64,000 nt of DNA from Verrucomicrobiales bacterium. GTDB taxonomy: Bacteria > Verrucomicrobiota > Verrucomicrobiia > Verrucomicrobiales > V1-33. Of this stretch, positions 1 to 9,491 are shown one piece after another. The stretch covers positions 17,782 to 81,781 of the forward strand of contig DASZQB010000053.1 in NCBI GenBank assembly GCA_035550135.1, given 5' to 3'. How positions within the stretch are numbered: position 1 is the first letter of the stretch; each line of letters begins with the position of its first letter. The notes below the pieces were generated by a model. The model searched no databases and was not told the origin of the DNA. It saw nothing but the letters and a program-made list of their open reading frames with translations. The position numbers were made by a program, and so were the translations under genes.

Positions 1-426
1 GCGGACGCCTACGACGATCTGACGGTGAGCCTGAGCAATGGCAACAACACCACCATCAACGGCATCCTCGGAAGTGATGTTCTCGTGGACACCATTCCTC
101 TGGACTGGAAGGACCGCTTCGTTTTCCGGCTGGGAGCGGAGTACGATGTATCGGAAAACGTGACTTTGCGGGCGGGTTATTCCTATGGGGAAAGTCCGGT
201 TCCAAATTCCACGGTGCTGCCTTTGACTGCGGCCATTTCCGAGCATTCCGTGAGCGCCGGTCTTGGCTGGCACAGGGGTCAGTGGACGGTGGATTTTGCG
301 TGGCAGTATGATCTTCCCGCGAGTCAGAATGCCGGCGCGGACGGGATTGCCGGGACGGAGTACGATTTTAGTCGTGTCGAGTTGTCAGCGCACTGGTTTT
401 CTGTTACAGCAGGGTATCGATTTTGA
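1..426 (+). CDS. Outer-membrane beta-barrel transporter, FadL/TodX (Toluene_X) family, C-terminal fragment (5' end lies outside the window)
   Basis: Frame 1 is open from nt 1. Alternating beta-strand pattern (LRAGYSYGESPVP, WTVDFAWQYD) and terminal ...TAGYRF aromatic residue are typical of FadL-type OMPs. Confidence 0.6.
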   Translation, partial: ADAYDDLTVSLSNGNNTTINGILGSDVLVDTIPLDWKDRFVFRLGAEYDVSENVTLRAGYSYGESPVPNSTVLPLTAAISEHSVSAGLGWHRGQWTVDFAWQYDLPASQNAGADGIAGTEYDFSRVELSAHWFSVTAGYRF

Positions 427-441
427 ACCCATGCTCAGGTT

Positions 442-1818
442 ATGTCACGTCTGAGGGCCATTTTTTCATTGGTTCCGAAGAAAGCGGGAAGCTGTCTCTG
501 GGATTCATTTGTCCCGGAGTCGATGCACGATGAGGCGGAGGATCTGCGGCGGGCCCGGTTGCAGATCCGCTTTGGGTGGCTGGGGGCCATCTTTGGGACC
601 ATCTACGCCTCGTTTTACCTTATCATCGGCCATCCGTGGGGCGCGCTGATCATCGTGCTTTGCAGCGTCCTGTTTGCGCAGGTGCCATGGATGGTGAAGC
701 ACGGCAAAGCCCTGCCCGCGACGGGCCACTTTTTTGCCGCGGTGCTGGTGGGTGGATTCACGGCCCTGTGCGTCATTGAGGGAGGGCTGCACGGGCACGC
801 GGTGGCATGGCTGGCGGCGATCCCGCTGTGCGCCCTGCTGCTCGTGGAATTGAAGGGCGCGCTAATTTGGTCGTCGGTCTGTTTTTTGATCGTCCTTGGC
901 TTTGGCATCAGCGACGTGAACGGCATCAAAAGTCCCAAGCTCTATCCGGTCTGGTCGGATTCGCTGGTGAGTGCCGCGGGTTATGCCGGGCTGGTGGCAT
1001 TCATGTGCCTTCTCGGGGTGATATTCGAGCGGACGCGGGCGCGCGCTGTTTTACAGACTGAGGAGGCGCTGGATCGCCTGACAGAAGCCAACATGCGCTT
1101 GAGCCGGCTCAACCGTGAAAAGGATGAGTTCATGAACATTGCGGCGCATGACTTGAAGAACCCGCTGTGCGCCATTTCCGGTCACGCGCAGATGGTGGAG
1201 ATCTTTGGATTGGACTCGCCAAAGAAGGTGCTGGAAACCGCGGCCATTATCCGGCGGCAAACGGAGCGGATGCTCGACATCATTTCGAATCTCCTGGACG
1301 TCCGCAAAATCGAGGAGGGACGCATGTCCTACAAACTGGGGCCGTGTGATGCCCCGGCAATGATGGACGAAGTGGTGAGCGACTATCGCCTGCGGGCCGA
1401 GCAAAAGGACATCAAACTGGAGCTGCATTGCGACGGCGCGGCGGTGGCCACAGCGGACTCCACGGCGGTCCGGCAGATTCTCGACAATCTCGTCTCCAAC
1501 GCGCTCAAATACTCGCCGCCTCATACGACGATCCAATGCGCGGTGGTGCCAGAACCGGATGCCGTGACGTTTGAGATTATCGATCAGGGGCCTGGCTTGA
1601 GTGATGAGGATCAAACGAAGCTCTTCAAAAAGTTTACACGCCTGACACCGCTCCCGACCGGCGGGGAAAGTTCAAACGGACTGGGTCTGTGGATTGTGCA
1701 GCGCATGGCGCACGGGATGCATGGTGAAGTCTTTTGCAGGAGCAAACTGGGAAGAGGGTCCTGTTTCGGTTTGCGGCTGCCCGCCATGCAAGCGATGCCG
1801 GAAATGCAGGCCGCATGA
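442..1818 (+). CDS. Membrane-bound sensor histidine kinase (polytopic N-terminal sensor, HisKA + HATPase_c); no cognate response regulator adjacent
   Basis: About 5 hydrophobic helices in the first 200 aa. H-box FMNIAAHDLKNPL, N-box LDNLVSNALKYS and G-boxes IIDQGPGL / GLGLWIV. Confidence 0.85.
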   Translation: MSRLRAIFSLVPKKAGSCLWDSFVPESMHDEAEDLRRARLQIRFGWLGAIFGTIYASFYLIIGHPWGALIIVLCSVLFAQVPWMVKHGKALPATGHFFAAVLVGGFTALCVIEGGLHGHAVAWLAAIPLCALLLVELKGALIWSSVCFLIVLGFGISDVNGIKSPKLYPVWSDSLVSAAGYAGLVAFMCLLGVIFERTRARAVLQTEEALDRLTEANMRLSRLNREKDEFMNIAAHDLKNPLCAISGHAQMVEIFGLDSPKKVLETAAIIRRQTERMLDIISNLLDVRKIEEGRMSYKLGPCDAPAMMDEVVSDYRLRAEQKDIKLELHCDGAAVATADSTAVRQILDNLVSNALKYSPPHTTIQCAVVPEPDAVTFEIIDQGPGLSDEDQTKLFKKFTRLTPLPTGGESSNGLGLWIVQRMAHGMHGEVFCRSKLGRGSCFGLRLPAMQAMPEMQAA

Positions 1819-1887
1819 TCCGAAGGTAGGAATTCACCGTAGGCAAAAGAGGTTGTTCCTCCGCGCGGTGAATTCATTTTTGTCCGC

Positions 1888-2838
1888 ATGGGAAAATACG
1901 TTAAACCAACGCTCAAGTCATGGTGTGTCTCAAAACCGGCCAAGGAAGTGGGGAAGGCCCCGCCGGCGAAAGGGGCTTCCTACCGGGTGAAGGACGGAGA
2001 CAGTTGGGTGAGCCTCGCCGCTGAGTGGGGCCTGGACGTGTGGTCGCTGATTTATTTCAACTTCCGCACCTATGATCCGAAAGAGGTGAACTACTATCTC
2101 GGAGAGTACGTGGGCTGCGTGCTTCCGACCGCCGACCGGAAAAACTGGTGCTTCAGCAGCGCGGCCGAGCCGGGCATCATTTACCGTCCATTGGAAAAAG
2201 CCGGGCCGGTGAAGGGTGATCCGGTGCGCAATCCTCCGATGCCCATGCCTGGCCCGGTGGACGATCCCATGAAGAGCCACGGCACCGGAAACTGGGTGGG
2301 TGTCGGCGTGAAGGGCGGAGGGCACATCGTCCTCGGCGGAGTTGAATCCACTCTGCTCTTCTGCATCTCGCTGGATGATTACCGCGACTGGATGATTCTG
2401 AACGTTACTGCAGGACGGGTGGGGCCTGGCCTCGGAGCCTCCGGCGGACTGGTGGTGGCGGGAATCGGCAACTGTTATGATCCTAACAATATGAAGGGCT
2501 GGCCGGTGGGCGGCTACGACTTCCAACTGGCCGTGGGGGCGAAGTGGGGCTCGCTGATGAAGGTGGCGGCGAAGGCCGGACCGCTGGTTGAAGCGATTAA
2601 GTACGGAGGCAACGCCAGATCATTGATCAACAAGAGTGTATTCCACCTCGCCCGGCGGGCGCAGATCGTGAACGAAGTCAAAAACGGGCTGGGTGCGCTC
2701 GGACTTTTTCCAAAGGAAAAAGATTACAACCTTTCCGTGAATGTCGTGGATATTCCGATCGCGGGCGTTGGCGCCGAGTTGTCGGCCTATTACGGTTCGG
2801 GAAGCGTACAGCTGGTGAGCTACGGGCTGTCTGACTGA
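1888..2838 (+). CDS. Hypothetical protein: LysM-like N-terminal motif plus glycine-rich C-terminal domain of unknown function
   Basis: YRVKDGDSWVSLAAEWGLDVWSLIYFN matches the first half of the LysM consensus (Y.V..GD.....A...G.....L...N). C-terminal 200 aa is rich in G.G/GxxxG strings (GVGVKGGGHIVLGG, GPGLGASGGLVVAGIG). No signal peptide seen. Confidence 0.55.
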   Translation: MGKYVKPTLKSWCVSKPAKEVGKAPPAKGASYRVKDGDSWVSLAAEWGLDVWSLIYFNFRTYDPKEVNYYLGEYVGCVLPTADRKNWCFSSAAEPGIIYRPLEKAGPVKGDPVRNPPMPMPGPVDDPMKSHGTGNWVGVGVKGGGHIVLGGVESTLLFCISLDDYRDWMILNVTAGRVGPGLGASGGLVVAGIGNCYDPNNMKGWPVGGYDFQLAVGAKWGSLMKVAAKAGPLVEAIKYGGNARSLINKSVFHLARRAQIVNEVKNGLGALGLFPKEKDYNLSVNVVDIPIAGVGAELSAYYGSGSVQLVSYGLSD

Positions 2839-3055
2839 ACGTTATTCTGAAACCTGGACGCGTCCATCGGGACGCGCGGGGGAGCGAGGCTCCTGGTGTA
2901 ACACGCCTCGGTTCTGCCAGGTCAACGCTCATTTGCTCACGGGACTGGTATTTATCCCTTAAAGTCTTCCGCTTTCAACGCTTTGGCCGCTCCCTTGCAT
3001 CGGACGGAACCCGGCCCCGCGGGTGCGTAAAATTCTCCGGAAAAGGTTACAAAAT

Positions 3056-3085
3056 TGAACGTATGTTCAGGAAATGAACGTTCAT
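3056..3085. promoter_or_regulatory. Candidate TetR operator: two adjacent palindromes sharing the TGAAC/GTTCA half-site, overlapping the tetR start codon
   Basis: TGAACgtatGTTCA at 3056-3069 and perfect 12-mer ATGAACGTTCAT at 3074-3085. The latter begins with the ATG of the TetR CDS. Confidence 0.4.
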
Positions 3086-3694
3086 TCAGTTTCGGGCTCC
3101 GTCTTGCGCCGGGAGCGGGAAAAACAGGAGCGCCGCGCCGCCATCATGGCAGCCGCGGAGCAGGTTATTGTCCGGCAGGGATTTACGGAGGCTTCGATCG
3201 ATGGGATCGCCCGGGAGGCCGGACTGGCGGCAGGCACGGTCTATCTTTACTTTCCCAACAAAGAGGCGCTGTTTCAGGAATTGTGGTGCAACAAGGTGCG
3301 TCTGTTGAACAGCGCTGTCGCAGCGCAGACGAAACCGGACAGGCCGTTTGCCGAGGGCGTGCGCGCGGTGGTGCGGGCGATGCTGCTGCACTTTGAGGAG
3401 CACCGGGGCTTCTTTGAAATATTTGTGAGAGCGCGCATGGATATGTGCCGGGGCGTTTCCCAGTCGAAGGGAGTCCTCCAGGAGATCCAGGCGGGCACGG
3501 ACCACCTCACCCGTTGGATTCGAGCCGCCCAGCGCGCGAAGGAACTGGCTCCGGGCGAGCCGCGCCTGCGCGCGGTGGCGCTGCGCGGACTGGTGTTCCA
3601 GTTTACCAGAGACTGGCTGCGCAGCGGATGTGTTGGACGGCTGACCAAGTACGCAGCTTTCGTCACGGAGTTCTTTATGAAAGGAGCCGCATGA
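3074..3694 (+). CDS. TetR/AcrR family transcriptional repressor
   Basis: N-terminal HTH signature AAIMAAAEQVIVRQGFTEASIDGIAREAGLAAGTVYLYFPNKEALF. Stop overlaps the next start (ATGA). Confidence 0.9.
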   Translation: MNVHSVSGSVLRREREKQERRAAIMAAAEQVIVRQGFTEASIDGIAREAGLAAGTVYLYFPNKEALFQELWCNKVRLLNSAVAAQTKPDRPFAEGVRAVVRAMLLHFEEHRGFFEIFVRARMDMCRGVSQSKGVLQEIQAGTDHLTRWIRAAQRAKELAPGEPRLRAVALRGLVFQFTRDWLRSGCVGRLTKYAAFVTEFFMKGAA

Positions 3695-5097
3695 AGTTTG
3701 CCCGCCTGATATTTCCAGCCGCAATTCTGATGGCGGGCTGCGCGCCCATGGGCCCGGATTACAAGCGCATCGACGTGGAAACGCCTTCCCATTTCAAGGA
3801 GAGCGGCGTTTGGAAATTCGCCCGTCCGGCGGACCATCTGCCGCGGGGATCGTGGTGGACAATCTTTGGAGACTCGACGCTGAATCGTCTCCAAGGCCAG
3901 GCGGCGGCGGACAATCCCGGCCTCCGCGCAGCAATGCTCCGCGTCGAGCAGGCTCGCAATATCGCCCGGGGTTCCACGGCGCAACTGCTGCCCACCTTGT
4001 CATTCAACCCCTCGGCCACCCGGGAGGGGGAATCCGAAAATGTGCGGCGCTCAAACGATGATACACGGGCGTTTGAAGGCACGCGCAACACTTTCAATCT
4101 TCCGCTGGATGCAGGTTATGAAATTGACTTCTGGGGCAAGGTGCGGCGGGGTATCGAAGCGGCGCGCGCGGATGCCGATGCCGCGGCGGCGCTGGGAGAA
4201 ACGGTTAGACTCACATTGCAGGCAGACCTGGCCCAAACGTATTTCACTTTGCGCTCGGTGCAGGCCGAGATTGAGATTCTTCAGGGCACCGTGGAACTTC
4301 GGCAGAAAGCGCTCACTCTCCTGCGCAATCGTTTCGAGGGCGGAGCCACCAGCGAACTGGATGTATCGCGCGCGGAAACGGAACTCACCGGCTCCCAAAG
4401 CGAATTGACTGGCATGAAACGCCGCCGGATCGAACTCGTCAATGCCATCGCGACGCTGGCAGGACGTCCCGCTTCGTCTTTTGATTTAACCGTGAAGGCG
4501 CTGGTCGGCGCGCCTCCTGGCATTCCTTCGGGTATTCCGGCGGATTTGTTGCAGCGGCGCCCTGACATTGCGGAGGCGGAGCGTCGCATGGCCGCCGCCA
4601 ATGCGCGGATCGGCGTTGCCAAAGCAGCGTTTTTCCCTTCCATCCGACTGCTGGGCGGAGTCGGGCTGGAATCTTCACAGACAAAAAATCTCTTTGAATC
4701 CGGGAGCAGAACCTGGTCGCTGGGTTCGTTGATCAATGTTCCCATTTTCGAGCAATTGGTGAACCGGACCAACTACAAGGGAAAGAAACTGGAGTATGAA
4801 GAGACGACTGCGAACTACCAAAGCACGGTGCTGCGCGCATTCCAGGAAGTGGAAAACAGCCTCTCCGGTCTCCGCCTTCTGGCGGAGCAGGCAAGCGTCC
4901 AGGAACGGGCAGTCGCGGCCTCTCAGAAGGCGGCAAGACTCTCGACGGACCGGTATCAGGCGGGACTCGTTTCGTTTTTGGAAGTCGTGGATGCCGACCG
5001 CACCCGGCTGCAGTCTCTTCAACTCGCGCGTCAGATTGCCGGCCAGCGCTATTTAACCGCCGTGCAGCTTATCAAGGCTATCGGGGGAGGGTGGTAA
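3691..5097 (+). CDS. RND efflux outer-membrane factor lipoprotein, NodT/OprM family
   Basis: Lipobox LMAGC after MKFARLIFPAAI, then GPDYKRIDVETPSHFKE... and duplicated OEP repeats. The ORF-track start at 3445 is a spurious upstream extension through tetR. Confidence 0.9.
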   Translation: MKFARLIFPAAILMAGCAPMGPDYKRIDVETPSHFKESGVWKFARPADHLPRGSWWTIFGDSTLNRLQGQAAADNPGLRAAMLRVEQARNIARGSTAQLLPTLSFNPSATREGESENVRRSNDDTRAFEGTRNTFNLPLDAGYEIDFWGKVRRGIEAARADADAAAALGETVRLTLQADLAQTYFTLRSVQAEIEILQGTVELRQKALTLLRNRFEGGATSELDVSRAETELTGSQSELTGMKRRRIELVNAIATLAGRPASSFDLTVKALVGAPPGIPSGIPADLLQRRPDIAEAERRMAAANARIGVAKAAFFPSIRLLGGVGLESSQTKNLFESGSRTWSLGSLINVPIFEQLVNRTNYKGKKLEYEETTANYQSTVLRAFQEVENSLSGLRLLAEQASVQERAVAASQKAARLSTDRYQAGLVSFLEVVDADRTRLQSLQLARQIAGQRYLTAVQLIKAIGGGW

Positions 5098-5133
5098 CAA
5101 CACCCGACCGCAAAACCTTTATTCGTTCCCATC

Positions 5134-6375
5134 ATGCCCCCGCAGATCCCTATTCGAATCTTCGCTGCTCTTGGAGCCGTCGTTTTGTTGACGGCCTGTC
5201 CTGGCAACAAGGATGCGCCCGCCGCCGGTAAACCCGGAGGCCCTGTGCCTCCGGTGCCCGTAAATATCGCCGCCGCCGTGCGCAAGGATGTGCCGCTGGA
5301 GGCCCGCACCTTCGGCAATGCCGAGCCGATCGCCAGTGTCGCCATCAAAGCTCAGGTGGGCGGCGAATTGATCGATGTCAGCTTTAAAGAAGGTCAGGAC
5401 GTGAAGAAGGGCGATCTCCTTTTTACCATCCAGCCGAGACTGTTTGCCACTCAGTTGGCGCAGGCCAATGCCAACCTGGACAGGGATCGTGCGCAGGCCT
5501 CCAGCGCGCAGCTCAATTTGAAGCGTCAGGAGGATCTCGACCTAAAGAAGTCAGGGGTAAAGGAGGAACTGGAGCGTGCGCGGGCGCTTGCCGCGTCGAG
5601 CGCCGCCACTGTCAAGGCGGATGAAGCGCTCGTCCTCATCGCGGAAACCCAGCTCGGCTACACCACGATCGAAGCGCCCATGGATGGCCGCACCGGCAGC
5701 ATTCGCTTGCGCCCGGGCAATCTTATCAAAGCCGGTGATGATCTTCCCCTGACCACGCTGGTGCAGATCGCTCCCATCTACGTTACCTTCGCTCTTCCGG
5801 AGAAGCACCTTGCTGCCATCCGCAAAGGCATGGAGGGCGGGGAGGGGAAGTCAACACTAACGGTTACTGCCAGCGACGCTGAGAACGGTCATCTCCTTGG
5901 GGAGGGCACCGTTACCTTCATCGCAAACACCGTGGACACTACCACCGGCACGATCATGCTGAAGGCCACGTTTCCGAATGCGGACCGCACGCTCTGGCCC
6001 GGTGCTTTCGTCGATGTTTCACTCCGGCTTGCCACCACGCACGATGCCACGGTGATTCCGTCGTCGGCGGTCACGATCAGCCAAAAGGGAACTCAGGTTT
6101 TTGTGGTCAAGGAGGACCAAACAGTGGAGACGAGGGCAGTGACAGTGGCTCGCACTGCTGGTGAAGAAAGTGTGATCACGAAAGGAATCAATCCGGGAGA
6201 GAAAGTGGTTACCAATGGTCAGTCGCGGCTGTTCCCCGGATCAAAAGTTGTCGCACAACCTGCCGCGGTGTCACCGCCTGCCCAGCCCGCTCCTCCCGCC
6301 GCCCCTTCTCCGGCTGCGCCCGCGTCAGGAACCCCGGCTGGAAAACCCGCCGCACAGAAAGGAGATGGAGGATGA
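5134..6375 (+). CDS. RND efflux periplasmic adaptor (membrane fusion protein, HlyD_D23 type) with proline-rich C-terminal tail
   Basis: Lipobox LLTAC. Lipoyl/hairpin motifs (QVGGELIDVSFKEGQDVKKGDLLFTIQP, YTTIEAPMDGRTG). The 4-nt overlap with the RND pump start implies translational coupling. Confidence 0.9.
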   Translation: MPPQIPIRIFAALGAVVLLTACPGNKDAPAAGKPGGPVPPVPVNIAAAVRKDVPLEARTFGNAEPIASVAIKAQVGGELIDVSFKEGQDVKKGDLLFTIQPRLFATQLAQANANLDRDRAQASSAQLNLKRQEDLDLKKSGVKEELERARALAASSAATVKADEALVLIAETQLGYTTIEAPMDGRTGSIRLRPGNLIKAGDDLPLTTLVQIAPIYVTFALPEKHLAAIRKGMEGGEGKSTLTVTASDAENGHLLGEGTVTFIANTVDTTTGTIMLKATFPNADRTLWPGAFVDVSLRLATTHDATVIPSSAVTISQKGTQVFVVKEDQTVETRAVTVARTAGEESVITKGINPGEKVVTNGQSRLFPGSKVVAQPAAVSPPAQPAPPAAPSPAAPASGTPAGKPAAQKGDGG

Positions 6376-9300
6376 ACTTCACCGCCCTCTTCATCAAACG
6401 GCCTGTGATGACCACGCTGGTCATGCTGGCCATTATGGGTTTCGGACTCTTCGCCTTTCAGAAACTTCCCGTTTCGGATCTTCCTAACGTCGATTTTCCA
6501 ACGCTTCAGGTCACCGCGAATCTTCCAGGAGCCAGTCCGGAAACGATGGCCGCGTCTGTGGCTACCGTGCTGGAGCGGCAGTTCACCACCATCGCGGGCA
6601 TCGATTCCATGACGTCGTCTTCGGCGCTGGGAGTTACTAACATTACCATCCAGTTCACGCTGGAGCGGAATCTGGATGCCGCGGCTCTCGACGTGCAGTC
6701 CGCGATCACCGCCGCCCAGCGGCTGTTGCCGCAGGACATGCCGAGCCCGCCCACGTTCAAGAAGGTCAATCCGGCGGATTCGCCCATTCTTTATCTCGCG
6801 GTCATCAGCGAGACAATGCAACTCTCCGACGTCAACGAGTTCGCGGACACGATGATCGCGCAGCGCATTTCCACGGTGCCGGGCGTGGCGCAGGTGAGCA
6901 TCTTCGGACCGCAGAAGTACGCCGTGCGCGCGCAGCTTGATCCGCGTGCTTTGGCCAGCCATGGCCTGGGGCTGGATGAAGTGGTGAACGCCATGAATAC
7001 GGGGAACGTAAATCTTCCCACCGGCACGCTTCAAGGGCCTAACATTGCGGAGACAGTGCAGACCAACGGCCAACTGACGGACGCCGACGCATTCCGCAGG
7101 CTGATCGTCGCCTATCGCAATGGAGCGCCTATCCGCCTTGAACAACTGGGAGACGTCCTCGACAGCGTGGAAAACACGCGCATCGCAAGCTGGTACGGCC
7201 TGACACGCGGTATTGTGCTCGCCATCCAGAAGCAGCCGGGAACGAATACGGTTGCGGTGGTGGACGGTGTCAAAAAGCTGCTCCCGTCATTCGAAGCGCA
7301 GCTTCCGCCCGCCGTGAAGGTGGAGGTTTTGTCGGACAAGTCTCTTACGATTCGTCAGTCGGTGCACGAAGTGGAATTCACGCTGGTGGTTTCGATCGTG
7401 CTGGTGGTCGCGGTGATCTTTCTGTTTCTCCGAAACGTCAGGGCCACCATGATTCCGTCAGTGGCCATGCCGTTGTCGGTAATCGGCACGTTCATGGTGA
7501 TGCATCTGCTCGGCTACAGCGTGGATAACTTCTCGCTCCTCGCTCTCACGCTGGCGGTGGGATTCGTGGTGGATGACGCCATCGTGGTGCTGGAGAACAT
7601 CGTGCGGCATATCGAGGCAGGTGAGACACCCATGCAGGCGGCGCTGAGAGGCGCAAAGGAGATAGGATTTACCATCATCAGTATGACGGTGTCCCTAGTC
7701 GCTGTGTTCCTGCCGGTGCTCTTCATGGGCGGCATCCTCGGGCGGCTGCTCAATGAATTCGCGGTCGTGATCGCCGTGGCTATTCTCGTTTCCGGTTTTG
7801 TGTCACTGTCGCTGACGCCGATGCTGTGTTCGCGCTTTCTCAAGGCTCACTCGAATCATGCGCCCGGCCGTTTTTATCGTATCACGGAGAGTGCCTTCGA
7901 AGGTCTGAAGGGTTTCTACGCGGGCACGCTGCGGCGCGCGATGCGCCACCGTATCCTCGTGCTGCTGGTGGCCCTCGCGAGCATCGCGGGCACGGCGTGG
8001 CTGTTCTGGACCATGCCCAAGGGCTTCATTCCCAACGACGACACAGGACAGATTTTTGCCATAACGGAAGCCGCCCAGGGTGTCTCCTACGAAAAGATGG
8101 GCGAACTTCAGCAGCAGGCCGCGGATGTGCTGAAGGATAATCCCTACATCACCGGCTATATGTCCTCCATCGGTGTCGGTGGCCCTAACGCCACGGGCAA
8201 TACCGGGCGGTTGTTCTTCAATCTGATCCCGCGAAATAAACGTCCCTCCGCGGATGAGATCATCGCGTCACTGCGCCCCAAATTTGCCAAAATCCCGGGC
8301 CTTCGAGTGTTCCCTCAGGTCATTCCCATGATCCGCCTTGGCGGCACCCTGACAAAAAGCCAGTATCAGTTCACGCTCTCCGGCTCCAATCTCGAGGAAC
8401 TCTACGCCGCGGCGCCCAAAGCAGAGGCGAAGATGCGTGCGCTGCCGGGTCTCATGGATGTCACGAGCGATCTTCAAATCACCAATCCGCAGGTGGTTGT
8501 CACCATCGACCGCGACAAGGCGTCTGCCCTGAATGTAACAGCCGCGCAAATCGAAACCGCCCTGGCCAACGCCTACAGTTCGCGGCAAATCTCCACCATC
8601 TATACGCCCACGAATCAGTATCAGGTGATCGTGGAACTGCTGCCCGAATTTCAGCGCGGCTCGGTGGATCTGAATATTCTCTACATCCGCTCTTCCACGG
8701 GCAGCCTGGTGCCGCTGAGCGCCGTAACCAAAACCGGACACAATGCCGGGCCGCTCACGGTGCAGCATCTTGGTCAGCTTCCGGCGGTTATGCTGTCATT
8801 CAACCTGGAGCCGGGACTTTCGCTGAGCGAAGCCATTCCGCGCATCGAAGAGGCGGTAAAGCCTGATCTTCCCGAGTCCATCACCACCGCCTTTCAGGGA
8901 ACGGCGCAGGCGTTTCAGACGTCGCTCGAAGGTCTCGGCCTGCTCCTGCTCATGGCCGTGCTCGTCATCTATCTTGTGCTGGGCATTCTTTACGAGAGCT
9001 TCATTCACCCCATCACGATTTTGTCAGGACTTCCCGCCGCCGGCTTCGGAGCACTCATCGCCCTCAAGCTGTTCGGTTATGAAGTGAATGTCTATGGATT
9101 CGTCGGCATTCTCCTTCTCATCGGCATCGTGAAGAAGAATGCGATCATGATGATCGACTTCGCGCTCGAAGCACAGCGCACGGAAAACAAGCCGCCGGCC
9201 GAAGCAATTCTCGAAGCGTGTGTTGTTCGCTTCCGGCCTATCATGATGACCACCATGGCGGCCATCATGGGCACGCTGCCGATCGCTCTGGGGATAGGCG

Positions 9301-9482
9301 CGGGCTCGGACTCCCGGAAGCCGCTGGGCATTGCCATCGTGGGCGGTCTGCTGGTTTCGCAGTTGCTGACACTCTATATCACGCCGGTGATTTACCTGTA
9401 TCTGGAGAAAATCCGGAATTTCCGGAAGGCAAAGTCCTCCGCCACGGAGGAAACGGAACTGGCTCAACCGGCTGTCGTCTGA
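6372..9482 (+). CDS. RND family multidrug efflux permease (AcrB/MexB/MdtB-like, 12 TM)
   Basis: 1036 aa. FIKRPVMTTLVMLAI N-terminus, VVDDAIVVLENI and VGIVKKNAIMMIDFA motifs characteristic of HAE1 RND pumps. Confidence 0.95.
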   Translation: MNFTALFIKRPVMTTLVMLAIMGFGLFAFQKLPVSDLPNVDFPTLQVTANLPGASPETMAASVATVLERQFTTIAGIDSMTSSSALGVTNITIQFTLERNLDAAALDVQSAITAAQRLLPQDMPSPPTFKKVNPADSPILYLAVISETMQLSDVNEFADTMIAQRISTVPGVAQVSIFGPQKYAVRAQLDPRALASHGLGLDEVVNAMNTGNVNLPTGTLQGPNIAETVQTNGQLTDADAFRRLIVAYRNGAPIRLEQLGDVLDSVENTRIASWYGLTRGIVLAIQKQPGTNTVAVVDGVKKLLPSFEAQLPPAVKVEVLSDKSLTIRQSVHEVEFTLVVSIVLVVAVIFLFLRNVRATMIPSVAMPLSVIGTFMVMHLLGYSVDNFSLLALTLAVGFVVDDAIVVLENIVRHIEAGETPMQAALRGAKEIGFTIISMTVSLVAVFLPVLFMGGILGRLLNEFAVVIAVAILVSGFVSLSLTPMLCSRFLKAHSNHAPGRFYRITESAFEGLKGFYAGTLRRAMRHRILVLLVALASIAGTAWLFWTMPKGFIPNDDTGQIFAITEAAQGVSYEKMGELQQQAADVLKDNPYITGYMSSIGVGGPNATGNTGRLFFNLIPRNKRPSADEIIASLRPKFAKIPGLRVFPQVIPMIRLGGTLTKSQYQFTLSGSNLEELYAAAPKAEAKMRALPGLMDVTSDLQITNPQVVVTIDRDKASALNVTAAQIETALANAYSSRQISTIYTPTNQYQVIVELLPEFQRGSVDLNILYIRSSTGSLVPLSAVTKTGHNAGPLTVQHLGQLPAVMLSFNLEPGLSLSEAIPRIEEAVKPDLPESITTAFQGTAQAFQTSLEGLGLLLLMAVLVIYLVLGILYESFIHPITILSGLPAAGFGALIALKLFGYEVNVYGFVGILLLIGIVKKNAIMMIDFALEAQRTENKPPAEAILEACVVRFRPIMMTTMAAIMGTLPIALGIGAGSDSRKPLGIAIVGGLLVSQLLTLYITPVIYLYLEKIRNFRKAKSSATEETELAQPAVV

Positions 9483-9491
9483 AAGAGGAGT

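Noticed and set aside
3445-3690. Upstream extension of the outer-membrane factor ORF (track start 3445)
   Set aside because: The extension runs out of frame through the TetR coding region and translates to P/G/R-rich junk. A signal peptide with a lipobox begins at the ATG at 3691, which overlaps the tetR stop.
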